A stretch of 55,601 bases of DNA, filler included, from Bipalium vagum (Eukaryota), in assembly GCA_037834085.1 (NCBI GenBank). It is 3 parts of 3 records of this genome, joined end to end, with 100 filler letters (N's around TTAATTAATTAA, not from the genome) between each part and the next. Parts side by side here need not be neighbours in the genome. Positions count along the whole stretch, not along the records: positions 38,985 to 55,601 come from JBBMKC010102631.1; 2 more parts are not named here. One strand, 5' to 3'. The notes under the pieces are model-generated. The model was not told the DNA's origin. It ran no database searches and was given only the letters and a program-made list of their open reading frames with translations. The number at the start of each line of letters is the position of its first letter. The stretch's first letter is position 1. Below are positions 39,110-50,465 of the stretch, piece after piece. The translations under genes were made by a program, and so were the position numbers.

Positions 39110-42100
39110 CGAATTTGTGTCTGACATATCGACCACTTTTTGAAACAGAATATTACTATTACAATATCTGTGCAATGAAAAGAGACTTTTGCAAGTAGTA
39201 ATGGTCATAATTTTATAAACGGGTCCGATTTCATTAATGCATTCATAGAAATGCTTCACTACTAAATAAAAAGTTCAATAAATAAATTATTTTTCAAATT
39301 TTTGACAAACTTTAAATAACAAAATTAAATATTTATCCAACTCTATTTATACTTTATTTTTTTGAGTATTTTTTTCATAATTTATAATTTTTATTTCACT
39401 TATAATTTTCTGAAGTATTTAAAATATAGGGTTTCAATTAAGTAGCTTTACAACTTTAAAGTTCAATAAATTTCTGAATATTTAGTTTTGTTTAACTAAA
39501 TTATTGTAACTTATAAGTTGACATAATATTTAAATTGTAATAAAATTTTTTTGATATTAGATTATACATCGATTGTCTGGCAGTGACAAACTTAAGGCTT
39601 AGGATCGATTCAGAATCGTTAAATTGAAATAGAAATTCAACTCACCATAACAATTCAAAGACTATGAAAACGGAAAAGGAATAATAATCCAAGAAGTAAA
39701 CCAACAATCAACGCAATATTTAATATAGATTCCTCAAGACTGGGAGCACCAAATTGTGGACGTCAACAAAGTAAGGATGGGGAAATTTTGGATAAAAAGA
39801 TTAATCAAATTTTGTAAGAAGAGCTCAGCGCATCTCTTAAACGACTATCCAATGAATATAATGTTTCATATGAAACAGTCCGTAAAGTGGTGAAGACATT
39901 GAAATTTAAACCGTACAAACCCAGATAGGTTCAGTTGTTGACAGAAAATGATTTTGACAGACGAATGGAGCTTTCTTGCGAATTCTTCACTCAAATTGAC
40001 AAAGATCTAAGAATAAATCTTTGTATTCTTATTCTGGGGAACAAGAAGACTAAATTTCATATCGTTGGTTTATTGGTAATTAGAAAATCTTCTGACAATG
40101 GAGAGGTCGGTCAATTTATTATGGTCTGCCCCTCTTTGTATGCTGGCGACGATTGAACCATAATTCTTCTTCGAAAATATGTGACAGAGACTAATACTAC
40201 TGATCAAAATTATTAGGCAGATACTCGCATTTTTAAATATAACATAAACACTTTGTTTATAACAAATGTTTTACAGTTAATTTATTTAAAAAATTTAACA
40301 ACCCTTGCTATATTTATTCGTACTAAGAAAAAATATTAATTTTATATTCTATATAACATTCATCAAAGTAGTCTCTATGAATTTGAATAACATATAAATC
40401 TCTTCGGCATACGATTAAGCAATTGTGCTTTTAGTGTCTTTTATTACTTGGATATGTTGAAACTTATTTTTGCATGCTTTTAATCAATTACAACCTTTTC
40501 AAAGCTCTAACAGGACATTCCTAAACATTGGTCTTAAGTAGTTCGAGAATGTCTGTCAAAAATTTCTTGGCAGAAAAGGAGCTATTGATTGACCACCAAG
40601 GTCAGTATCACAAAAGGTAAATTTTTTCCTTAAGAACTGGATTTTAACTGATTATGTATACAATGGAAATCACAAACTGTTTATGATAAATGTTATTTCT
40701 AAAGAATAATTACTCAAATATAATTACACTAGGTCATCCCAAAAAACAGTTGCCATAACCTTGCCAACTGACTGCTGTGATTTTGGCCGATGTAGAGCAC
40801 TGGAGCACCTTCGCATTGCTTTGACTGTCGTGATGATTCGGGTGTGCGATTATGTATCCACATTTCATCAACGGTTATATAACGACCCAAAAATTCATTT
40901 AGATTTTCCATTAAAAATGCTTAAGCACAGCTTTGAATCATTAACTCGCTGCTTTTGATCAATTATCAAATTGCGCGGCACTCATTTTGCGACAAGCTTT
41001 TTCATCTCCAATTCATTGTGAATTATTTTCCAAAGACTGATATTTTTGCGATGTTAGATTACTCGCGGATTTTGATTTTTCGATCATTCTTAAGAGCTTC
41101 ATTGATTTTTTGAATGTTCTCTGACACAGCCACTTCGATTGGACGACCGCTTCGTTCAACATCATTTGTGCTTATACCACCGAGTTTAAAGTCAGCGAAC
41201 CAATTTTTTACCGTTGAATATGAAAAATCAGAATTACCATAATATTTATCCAGTTTTTCTTTTGCTTCTTCTGGTGTTTTCTTTCGTAAAAAATAATGCT
41301 TAATCAATATGAGGAATTCATCTTTTTCCATCTAGAACATCAAAACTGATTTTAATGTTAGTGGATAATTTTAAAAAGATGATAGATGGCATAAAAATTT
41401 GGAATTTCATATTTTAAAATAATGCTTTTTTCACTATTTTGGTAATTTTTTACTATTAGCGTTTTTTCATGTTCGGGTCAGGGACTTTTCGAACGACCTA
41501 GTATATCGACTTTTATATTTAATTTTTAGATAATTATATTTTGAAAGTTATTCATTTGAAATTGATTTTACAAAAAATACTGAGACCATATAATAATTAT
41601 CTTGACAATGAATAAAACTTACAAGTTGCCAAACAATCAATAATAACAATATTTTGAATATTGACTTCATCAATAGAACAAGGAATCAATAAATCTAAAT
41701 TGTCTAGACATATTACAGACGGGGATCGCCATAGGCTTTCAACCAAAATGTCCAATATATTACGTTTTACTGAATCAGGCTGCTTTCCTAAAAGTTGGAA
41801 AATCATTATTGGTTTTTATTTGAAATCGTATTAAATCCGTTAAAGAATACAGCGGAAAGAATGATACAAATACCTTTTAAACATTATTGATTTAAAAATT
41901 ATAATAAATAATTCGCTAAATAAAAAATTATTATTACATTATAAATTTATATTTATAAAATATTTTGTTTCCATAAATTAAAAAATACCTATTAAATCTC
42001 TACAATCAATAACAGATGTAAAACATTGAAAAGTTTCATCTACAGATAGTAAAAAGCAAATCTTTTCACAAAAAATTGATTTTCCAATTCCCGATGGTCC

Positions 42101-45100
42101 GTGAATTAAAATATTTCCACTTGATACTTGGTTATCATTGATAAATTTCTTTAAAACATGAAATGTAAAATTCCTATTTAACCACCTAATAAAAAATTAA
42201 ATCAATAAAATTAAATTTATAATCATGCATATTTATTATTAAATTTATTAGTTATTATTTCTATCATAGTTTTTAAAGATTTACAAATTTCGATGAAAAT
42301 GAACTGCATATGAAAGGGGTCAAATAAAATGAATTATATTAAATATTAAAATAAATAACTCACTCTTTCACTTTGATTAAATTTTCAGTTTCATCGACAG
42401 ATGTCTTTTCAACAATCACAGAATTGTTATTAATCCGAATTTTAATGGAATCCGTTTCCAGAAAATATTTTGAGATTAAGCAAAATCTATTCTGGTGTGT
42501 AAAATATTTTGAATTTTGAAATTTAGGCACCAATGTCACTGTTTTATCTGATAATATATAATTTAATTTTTAAAAAATTTCTTCTGAATAGTCATTATAC
42601 ATTTATTATAGATTTAGATTTAAAAATAGATTTAGAGATATCGTAAATATTAAAATAACAACTGATACTTATGAGGTTCAAAGGAATTTTCATATTTTCC
42701 CGAATAAGCAACGGTATTTCATCATTGTCAACAGTTGATATACTTTGCTTTAATGCATTTATTATTTGTTGAGGAGCTATAGAGTTTTCCTGAATAATAA
42801 ATGAATATAATAAATAAAACCAATATAAATTTAGGAACTACATATTTTATTCCAATTATTTTTAGATCATATAAATAATTTCATATTTATTACTGAATTT
42901 TTCTATAACACAAATGTATACGTTTGTAAAATCATAACTTGTTCGCTTTTGACAGATTTTATTTAATTTCACGTTTTTTTTAATATTAAGTTATTAAAAT
43001 GTTTATGGTTTTCATTATAATTTATGGGTTTTGATATAACAATCATAACAATCAATCCTAAAAATATTATTTTCTAAATTTATATATACATTATAAAAGG
43101 AAAGGAAGTCTTTTACATACATGAAGCTTTATCACTTAAGGAAATAAAATGATTTTTGAATACAGGAATGATAAATATATTACAGAATCAATCATTAAAC
43201 AGAGCACTCATATTAAATTTTAATGTCTACAAAATTCGATTATTGCTTTTTGGAAAAATACTTTCAAAGTGAATTATTAATTTATAATGTTTACTATTAA
43301 GAAAATAATAATAATTATTGGGTTTTATAGACAATTTTAAGCTGTAATTTTTAAAATTTTAAATCACATTTAATTCATTACTCCTTATCCATAAATTTCT
43401 CTCATTTATAACTACGTTTTATGCAGCTCTCAAAAGAATATGATTTAACGAATCACTCTCCTATATATTCAAAAGAAGTTCCTGATTTTTCAGTCTTCCA
43501 TTTTTCAGTTTTACTTTTGGACAATCTTGTTTCTGATTTTTATTAACTATCAGATATTTTCAAATGTGCATTCTCATCATGTACATGATTCCAATGTCAT
43601 TCTTGTATCCTTAAGCACTAGATTTTATTCTAAATTCAAAATAAATAATTTTTTCTTATCATCACTGACACTTTATAAATGAAAAATTAATTTTGTAACT
43701 GGACAATTAATAACAATTTTAATGAACACTGTTCTATTCAAAATTATGCTCATAAATAATATTGATAAGTTTAAACAAAAATATCAGTTTTTAAATTCTC
43801 TAAAAATTAATTTTCTACAAAATAACAGCTTTTTTTTAATCGAACAATTTCAAAAAAGCAAATTAATCTTACCTGTAAATTTACATCAAAATCTACCTCC
43901 CTTGTAACACATACCTTATATTCAAGGATTTTACAAACTGCTCTGGTGCCAATTTTGAAATCTTCCCAAAAACTTTCAGGAATGATAAAATTAGTATGAT
44001 TATCCATATCGATTTTTTCAGAAATTTTAATTAAACAAAACAACTCTGATCCAGACATTACTTCTAAATTATTATCTCTAAATCGAATTTTTCCAATGGT
44101 TCCAAGCATTAATTTGCCAATAGGTAAATTTTCATTGAAATTTAAAGATGACATTTCGATTAATACGTGGTCTTGTAAATGACTCAGTGCATTATTGTAA
44201 GTTGTTTTCTTAGCCCTAAAACATCTTCCGTAAAACTGTTTATCGAATGACAAACCTGGTTGGTAGCTGAAATGAGACTCCCATCTTTTATAAATTATAT
44301 TTTCCCTTTGCTTTTGATTAAATGTCCTACCAAAAATAAGATAGTAAATAAAATCAACTAATACTAAAAATGATTTTATCAAAAATTTCTTTCGAAGATT
44401 TTTTCGTTCAGGTGTTATAATTTTATTAGAAGATTTTCTAATATTATTTGAAAGACTTTTTTTAGATGTAAACAAATTCTGACTTATGGTCATGACTGTT
44501 GTAGTACTAATCATACAAAATTCGCTTAAAGGAACCATTGACTCTAAATAAAAAAATTTCCGACATTTTAGTTCCAAAAATTTATCGATAAATCTTACCA
44601 ACTTTCAGTAAAAGACAAATGTTTCCTATCCATATTGGAAAAATCAGACCTAAATTAACACAACAAATCTGCTTCAGAAGGTTTTCTTCAATATAGGTAA
44701 CATTTTTATACTAAATTCAAAATCTTTAAAAAATTTACTAATTAAAATATATTAAATTACAATAAGATCCCATTCATCATTTGAAAATGGTATTAAATTA
44801 ATATTATCTGCGTAATACATATTATTAATGGTAATAACATCAATTGAAACCTAAAAATAATTATAAATTAAGGAAAAAATTTAATTCAGAACTTCTTCAT
44901 TAGGTATTAAATTTAAATGCCAACCAAGTAACCCGTTGAGTTCAATTTTATTAGAATTCTGATATTCAGTAGATTTACATGATATATATAAAGAATTTTG
45001 ATTGTTTATCGAGGTTACTTTTAAAATTGTTCCCTAGGAAAATATATAAAATAGAATATTGAAACCCATATTATGATATACTGGAATTATGGATAAATCA

Positions 45101-45159
45101 TCTGATACTAAATGACAAAAGCAATCCTTGCGCTTTGAAAAATCTAAATTAGCTATCAT
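39110..45159 (-). CDS. PEX1: Peroxisomal AAA-ATPase PEX1, 5' part (N1/N2 domains and D1); 3' part lost at the gap
   Basis: ATG at 45159. Spliced reading MIANLDFSKRKDCFCHL...IELNGLLGWHLNL...INLIPFSNDEWDLI|YKNVTYIEENLLKQICCVNLGLIFPIWIG matches the PEX1 N-terminus (DCFxHL, EPxSxDDWEIL, LLxQIRxV..FPxW). D1 reads GNILIHGPSGIGKS...DCRDLI|GKQPDSVK...WRSPSVICLDNLDLLI. The last visible exon is 39261-39110 (IMTITTCKSLFSLH...FQKVVDM). About 10 exons; phases were consistent at the junctions I checked. Confidence 0.9.
39425..40250 (+). mobile_element. rosa/maT-like (DD37-41D) transposon remnant in a PEX1 intron
   Basis: TVRKVVKTLKFKPYKPR*VQLLTENDFDRRMELSCEFF is typical of this group. TA-TAGGGT terminus near 39425. 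Confidence 0.65.
40729..41501 (-). mobile_element. irritans/Himar1-like mariner, 5' half, in a PEX1 intron
   Basis: TIR CTAGGTCGTTCGAAAAGTCCCTGACC after TA (41502-41503). MEKDEFLILIKHYFLRKKTPEEAKEKLDKYYG...STVKNWFADFK...ERSGRP, and FLGRYITVDEMWIHNRTPES. Confidence 0.9.
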
Positions 45160-45989
45160 TTTTAGTAATATTAAAACAAACAGATGTTCTAAATTGATTC
45201 AAATCTTTTATTAAATATTATATTTAAGCTCACTTTCATTCAAAACATTATTCTCATTACTTCAATAATGTATAAAATAATATTTAAAAATTTTCTATAA
45301 ACTAACAATTTTAAAATCATTAAATTATGCATAATATGGATAAATGAAAATATATATATGAAATATAATATTTGAACGAATAACTATTTCTTCTATTTAG
45401 TAGAAAAGAAAACACGAAACAAAAATGATATTAAAAAGATAAAAGATAAAATAATAAAAATAAATAAGGGCAAAAAATATTACTTGTAATCATACTACTT
45501 TAAAAAAGTGCAGGAAAAATTCTACTTTAAAATTACTTTAAAACAACAGGATACTCTTAAAAAGTGATTTATAGATAACAATCACAATTATAAATTAAAG
45601 GTGTAAAGAAAAACTGTAATTTCATGATATTTTAAAAATTTTGAAAAATTTTACAGATTTATGAGGTAGTTTTAAAAATAATTTCTATATTCAAGATTAC
45701 CCTGTCAAACTCAAAAAGTAGTATATACGAAAGAAAGACATTTCTTCTAAATTGTTCAAGAAGATTATTGCTCGAAAAGATTATTATTGTTTTAAAGAGG
45801 CTCCTAACATTGATTGAGACTTTATTTTCAAATTGTTATAAAAATTATTGTTTGTTTTTTAGAAGCTTCCGAATAGTGAAGAAAACTAGTCTATGATGAC
45901 AGAACCCAGAACGTACTTTTTGCTTAATTTTTTATTTTTTGGACTTTATTTTGTTACGATATTATTTTACTATGGACACTATCGTAACA

Positions 45990-46392
45990 CTTAGCTCGCA
46001 AAGTTACTGACCCCTTCACTTTTGCCTATACGTGTACGCAAATGAATGAATCAAACAACTACGAACAACATTTATTTGCTAAAATAACAATAACAAAATG
46101 TTTTAAATGATCAATAAAATGTTTGCAATCAATCACAATAAAAATCAACGTCAATAATAATCAATTAAACTAAAATCAAATAATTAAATATAAATATCAA
46201 TTAATTTAAAAAGAAAAAAAGACAAAATCAAGTTATTCTCACCACTTGTGACGACAGGTCCAAAGGATGGTTACACAAAGTGTACCCCTTTCGTACCCAC
46301 ATTTTTTCTTCACTCATTCGCATGCGTGCCTCCCGGCACATACTCATTCGTTCGTCAAAAAAGTGTTTACAAACGAATTACACTTTGTGTCG
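45990..46392 (-). mobile_element. LTR end, primer-binding site and leader of an LTR retrotransposon
   Basis: Minus strand ...GTCGTCACA(46247)-AG-TGGTGAGAAT: a CA terminus, a 2-nt spacer and a TGG-initiated PBS resembling tRNA-Ala-type TGGTGGAGAAT. Confidence 0.55.
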
Positions 46393-47720
46393 TATAAAAA
46401 TATTAGGTTGGTTAATTCAAAATAAATTACCAGTTGAAAAAATTAGTTCTGGTAGTAAAATCACATACTTGCGAATAAAACAATTTTATATAAGATTTGT
46501 AGATTCAATAAATTTTACTTTATGTCCATTAAAAGCTTTTCCAGAAATATTTGGTTTTAAAGGTTCTAAAGGATATTTTCCACATTATTTCAATACAACA
46601 AAAAATCAAAATTACATTGGTAAATATCCAGATTTAGAATTTTATGGATATAGTTATATGAGTGATAATAAAAAAAATTATTAAAACAATGACATGGTGA
46701 AAAAATACAAAATAATGAAATTTTTAATTTTCAAATTCAAAAGTTTTATTATTGTTTAATAGATTTTATTATTTTAACCAATGGTTGTTTAATTTTTAGA
46801 AAATTATTTTTAAATATAAATATATCAGAAACCCAAAAATTAAATATGGATCCTTTTCAATATGACAATTGCTCAAATTTGTACAAAAATATTTATGTCC
46901 ATGATTGATAATGAAGAAATTGGAAATCCAAGATTAAGTAATTTTGAAAATATATATTCAGATAAATGTGTTCATTGGTTGGAATATTTAAGTAAAATAA
47001 AAAAATATAAATATTCAACATGCAAAAAGAGGAGGAGAAAAAACTATGAGGTAATAAAAAACATACAAAGCTGATGGATGATCAAACTTCCAAAACTTAT
47101 TGTATTTATGAATTCAATGGTTGCTATTTTCATGGTTGTTTAAAATTTTATAAAAAGAGGAAATTTGTAAAAAAGGAAATAAAACAATGGAATTTTTAAA
47201 TAATCGATAAAAAGCTTTAAGAAAATCCTGATTTTAAAATTTTTAAAATTTATCCAGAGTTATCTCAACTAAAACCTAAAGAAGAATTTTATGGAGGAAG
47301 AACCGAACCTATACTATTATATCATAAAAGTGAAACTGAAAAAATTAAATATGTAGATTTTGTTTCATTGTATCCAACTGTAAATAAATATGATGAATAT
47401 CCAGTTGGTCATCCTATAAAAATATTTAATATTTCAACAGAAGAATATTTAGAATAAAATTGGGGTCACTTTGGAATTATAAAATGTAAAATTTTATAAC
47501 CAAGAAATTTACATTTACCAGTATTACCTTATAAACAAGAAATAGGAAATGCTCACAAGTTAGTATTTGGATTATGTGAAACATGTATGGAAAAAATAAA
47601 TATTAATTGTAATCACTATGTTAAAAATAGTTGTTGTCCAAATATTGAAATTCAGGATCGAACGAAAGGTTCTAACAATGAAGTTATGCACAAAATAAAT
47701 AGATGTAAAATTTTTTTAAA
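46393..47720 (+). pseudogene. Polinton/Maverick/adintovirus protein-primed DNA polymerase B, central part with Vsr-like nuclease insert
   Basis: IRFVDSINFTLCPLKAFPEIFGF..SKGYFPHYFN, MDPFQY.TIA, WLEY...IQHA..GGE, KADG...IYEFNGCYFHGC, FYGGRTE, YVDFVSLYP, YPVGHP, LPVLP and LVFGLCETC. Several stops and frameshifts. Confidence 0.92.
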
Positions 47721-47999
47721 TAATAAATATATAATTTTATAAGCTTCAGTATCATTATGATTAAAGGTTTATTAGTTAATTATTCCGTCTAAATTATGAA
47801 TTTTATTAAAAGAAGAATTTACAAGCTTTAAAAGTTACCAATTGAAACTTATAGCGAGATTACAATATTAATGATTGAGGTTATGATTATTTAATATTAA
47901 TAATAATAATGGTCTATTATGTATATTTTAAAACCCCGAGAAATAAATAATACACAATAATTGTAATGATGTAAATAAAAGCCTAAATTTAATGAATAT

Positions 48000-48392
48000 T
48001 AATATAATAATAAAAAAAATAATAGTGACCTTATTATAGTATATATAATAATAGAGTTAAAGACACTATTAAATAGACAGGTTATCCCCCTCATCCTACA
48101 TGTTGTAGGTAAATATGACATGATTGCGCGATAACAGACGCAATCATATCGGTTGATAACCTATGAATGTCCTCTCTTTGAAGCCAAGTCGACGGAGTAT
48201 GTTATCATTTTCTGTATCCCAGGAGCCGAGGCACCCGAGATTAATCGTCCAGATATCAATTTTGTTGCGGGTTGCAAGTACCATTTGTTGAGCGAGTTCC
48301 TTATATTTCTTCTGGTTTCTCTTTCTACCTTCAGAAAGTTCAAGCATTCGTCATATGGCACTTTGAGGTCGATGAGACTAATAACTTCTTCT
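48000..48392 (-). mobile_element. 3' fragment of an R2/NeSL/Utopia-type non-LTR retrotransposon (restriction-like endonuclease)
   Basis: EVISLIDLKVPYDEC, frameshift, then RNQKKYKELAQQM...IWTINLGCLGSWDTENDNILRRLG. This corresponds to the RLE IDxxxP..KxxKY..GxLGSW motifs. Confidence 0.8.
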
Positions 48393-50176
48393 TAGCTCTT
48401 CACTGCTTGATGTTAGTGATTGCCAAATGCTTTCCTCTTCCGCTGGTGTGTCCAACGCAATCGGCTCTATCAATACTATAATGTCTTCTTCTGCTATCAT
48501 GTCCTCCCATCTGGGTGTTGGTGTTACTTCATCTTTTCTCTTTGCCTTTTGATGACATGGTGATCCATGGATTGTCACCTTCCTCGTGAAATCCGTGGTT
48601 ACGTTCTTAACCTCTTGATGGCTTTTTACGGGTTTTGGACGTTTCTTATTATATTCTTCCCTCGTGATGACTCTAGGCTCGTTGTCACTGTCATCTAGAT
48701 CTATTGGTGGCGATTTATACAATTCCCTAAATTTCATAAAATTTTCTTCCATTCTCTTAGCCTCGTTCGTTCTTCTTCACTATTTTCCTCCAACTCGCCT
48801 TCTAATCCACCGTAGAAGTGTCCATTCTTTGATTTTCAGTTTCTACTTCTGCCGGTGAGTCTGGTATTTCAATGACTTCCACCATGACTAATGGTTTGGC
48901 TGCCGGGTTTTCTCTTTTTACTGATACCTGTCTTTCCTTCCGCATATTAACTATCTCACCTATCTTTTCGACTTTCTTTGTTGGCTGTTCTTCCTTTTTC
49001 TTTGTCAATTCTACCTTCTTCGTAGCCTCTGTCATCTTTTCCACTTCTCTTTCTTGTCCGTACATTGATCTTTCCATGTCTTCAGTACACCTGGCTTCTA
49101 CACTGTTCCAAACCTTCATCATAAGTTCAATATCCCTTGTTCTATTTTCCATTTTTCTGTTTCACAATAGAGCACTAACATGTGTAGTGAAGCGGTTCCA
49201 TCTCGTCTTGGTTAAAATAGTCAATCTTTTCTTATTAGTGGTAACGTGGCGAGATCCCAGTAGCCACGAATCCAACTCCTATCAACTCTTATTGCTTCTA
49301 ATGCTCTTTTTACTTCATAACCTATCACTATTTTTCCTTCGAGTAACCTGGATAATTCTAATTTCGCTGCCAGTTTGTCAACTAGCCCTTCTACCATCTC
49401 TGATGTAATACCATGGTCGATTGTCCTATAATCTGCTACATGCTCTGGATGTTATTATGCTCCTAAAGAAAAAGTTTCCTTTAGTATCAGACAGAACAGT
49501 TCCTAAGGGGACCATTCTTGTCATGAACATTTGCACGTCCAAATGACAATCTGTCGATTATCTGGATGTTTCAGCCAGCTTCTGTCGACATATGGTTTTC
49601 ATGCTTGCCAATCTTCCTCTGGAATAGGATCCCATTCTGCCTGCTTTTTCTTAGCTGCTCTCCATTCTTCTCGGTGTTAGCTTAACACTTCAATTATTAT
49701 GGGTCGAGTGGTTAGTAGATAACACTCTAAATCCACTTCTTCTTTTATTTGTAGGGATACTTGAGGTTCTGGCATAGATTCTTCGGCATATATCTCATTG
49801 TTTCTTCTTTCGATCACCAATGCCCTACCAGTACTCAGAAAATGAATTTCTTGCCCCCAGCGACTAAGGTAAGCAAGATTGACTGCGGAGACTGGTTGCC
49901 CTAGACAAATCATTTGCCTATAATCAGTTTTTCTTCCTTTTATTTTATTGGGGATTGTTTCTGGTTCTGTAAACCATTTCATGGCTCCCTTATTCTGTCT
50001 GAGCCATGTCGTAATAACGTCTATTTCTTTTAGGTTGGCTAGACAGCTTTTCTTAGGTAAGGTCAGGGGTTTATTCATGTCCATATTCTCCTCTAAATAA
50101 ATGATTTTCTTTTCTTCGCGGGAAATGAAAGAAGGGTACGGAATTTCGGCACGCTTCCATCATTGATTTGTTTTTG
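48393..50176 (-). pseudogene. Long accessory ORF of unknown function downstream of the gypsy PPT (decayed, roughly 590 codons)
   Basis: ORF pieces 49677-50084, 48802-49152 and 48378-48752 share the element's strand and purine-rich codon style. The reading starts right after a TTATTGTTTCAG acceptor (AG at 50178-50177). Lys/Glu-rich C-terminal half. No family recognised. Confidence 0.6.
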
Positions 50177-50265
50177 CTGAAACAATAATAAACATTAACA
50201 AATCAATCAATATTTTTGCATTACTAATATTCGTATGCAACAGGAGCTTTCTTTTTGGGGTGATA

Positions 50266-50282
50266 CGTCACACCCCCTTTTT
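50266..50282 (-). promoter_or_regulatory. Polypurine tract and start of the gypsy 3' LTR
   Basis: Minus strand: pyrimidine-rich run, then AAAAAGGGGG (50282-50273), immediately followed by TGTGACG (50272). Confidence 0.75.
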
Positions 50283-50465
50283 ATCAAAGAAAAGAAAAGA
50301 GAAGAAAAAGAAGAAAAAGTTAATTTTTTTAATTAATATATAAAAATTTAATTTTAATTTTTTTACACTAACTCAAATATGATACACACATACATACTAT
50401 AACAATCACAAAGCATTCCATCAAACATTAAGCAAAACATTCCTCTGTTCTGCGAAAACTCGAAG

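Noticed and set aside
43120-43226. Apparent PEX1 exon with in-frame TGA, suggesting stop-codon reassignment or pseudogenisation
   Set aside because: The phase-0 donor at about 43871 joins cleanly to the exon starting at about 42789 (ENSIAPQQIINALKQ), so this segment is intronic. The Trp codons I checked in the real genes are TGG, and PLEKHA8 ends in TGA.
48872-49408. 178-aa very hydrophobic + strand ORF (and the similar 167-aa ORF at 50581-51084) resembling a multi-pass membrane protein
   Set aside because: These are antisense shadows of purine-rich Lys/Glu/Thr codons on the minus strand, which read as Phe/Leu/Ser/Val and lack stops by composition.
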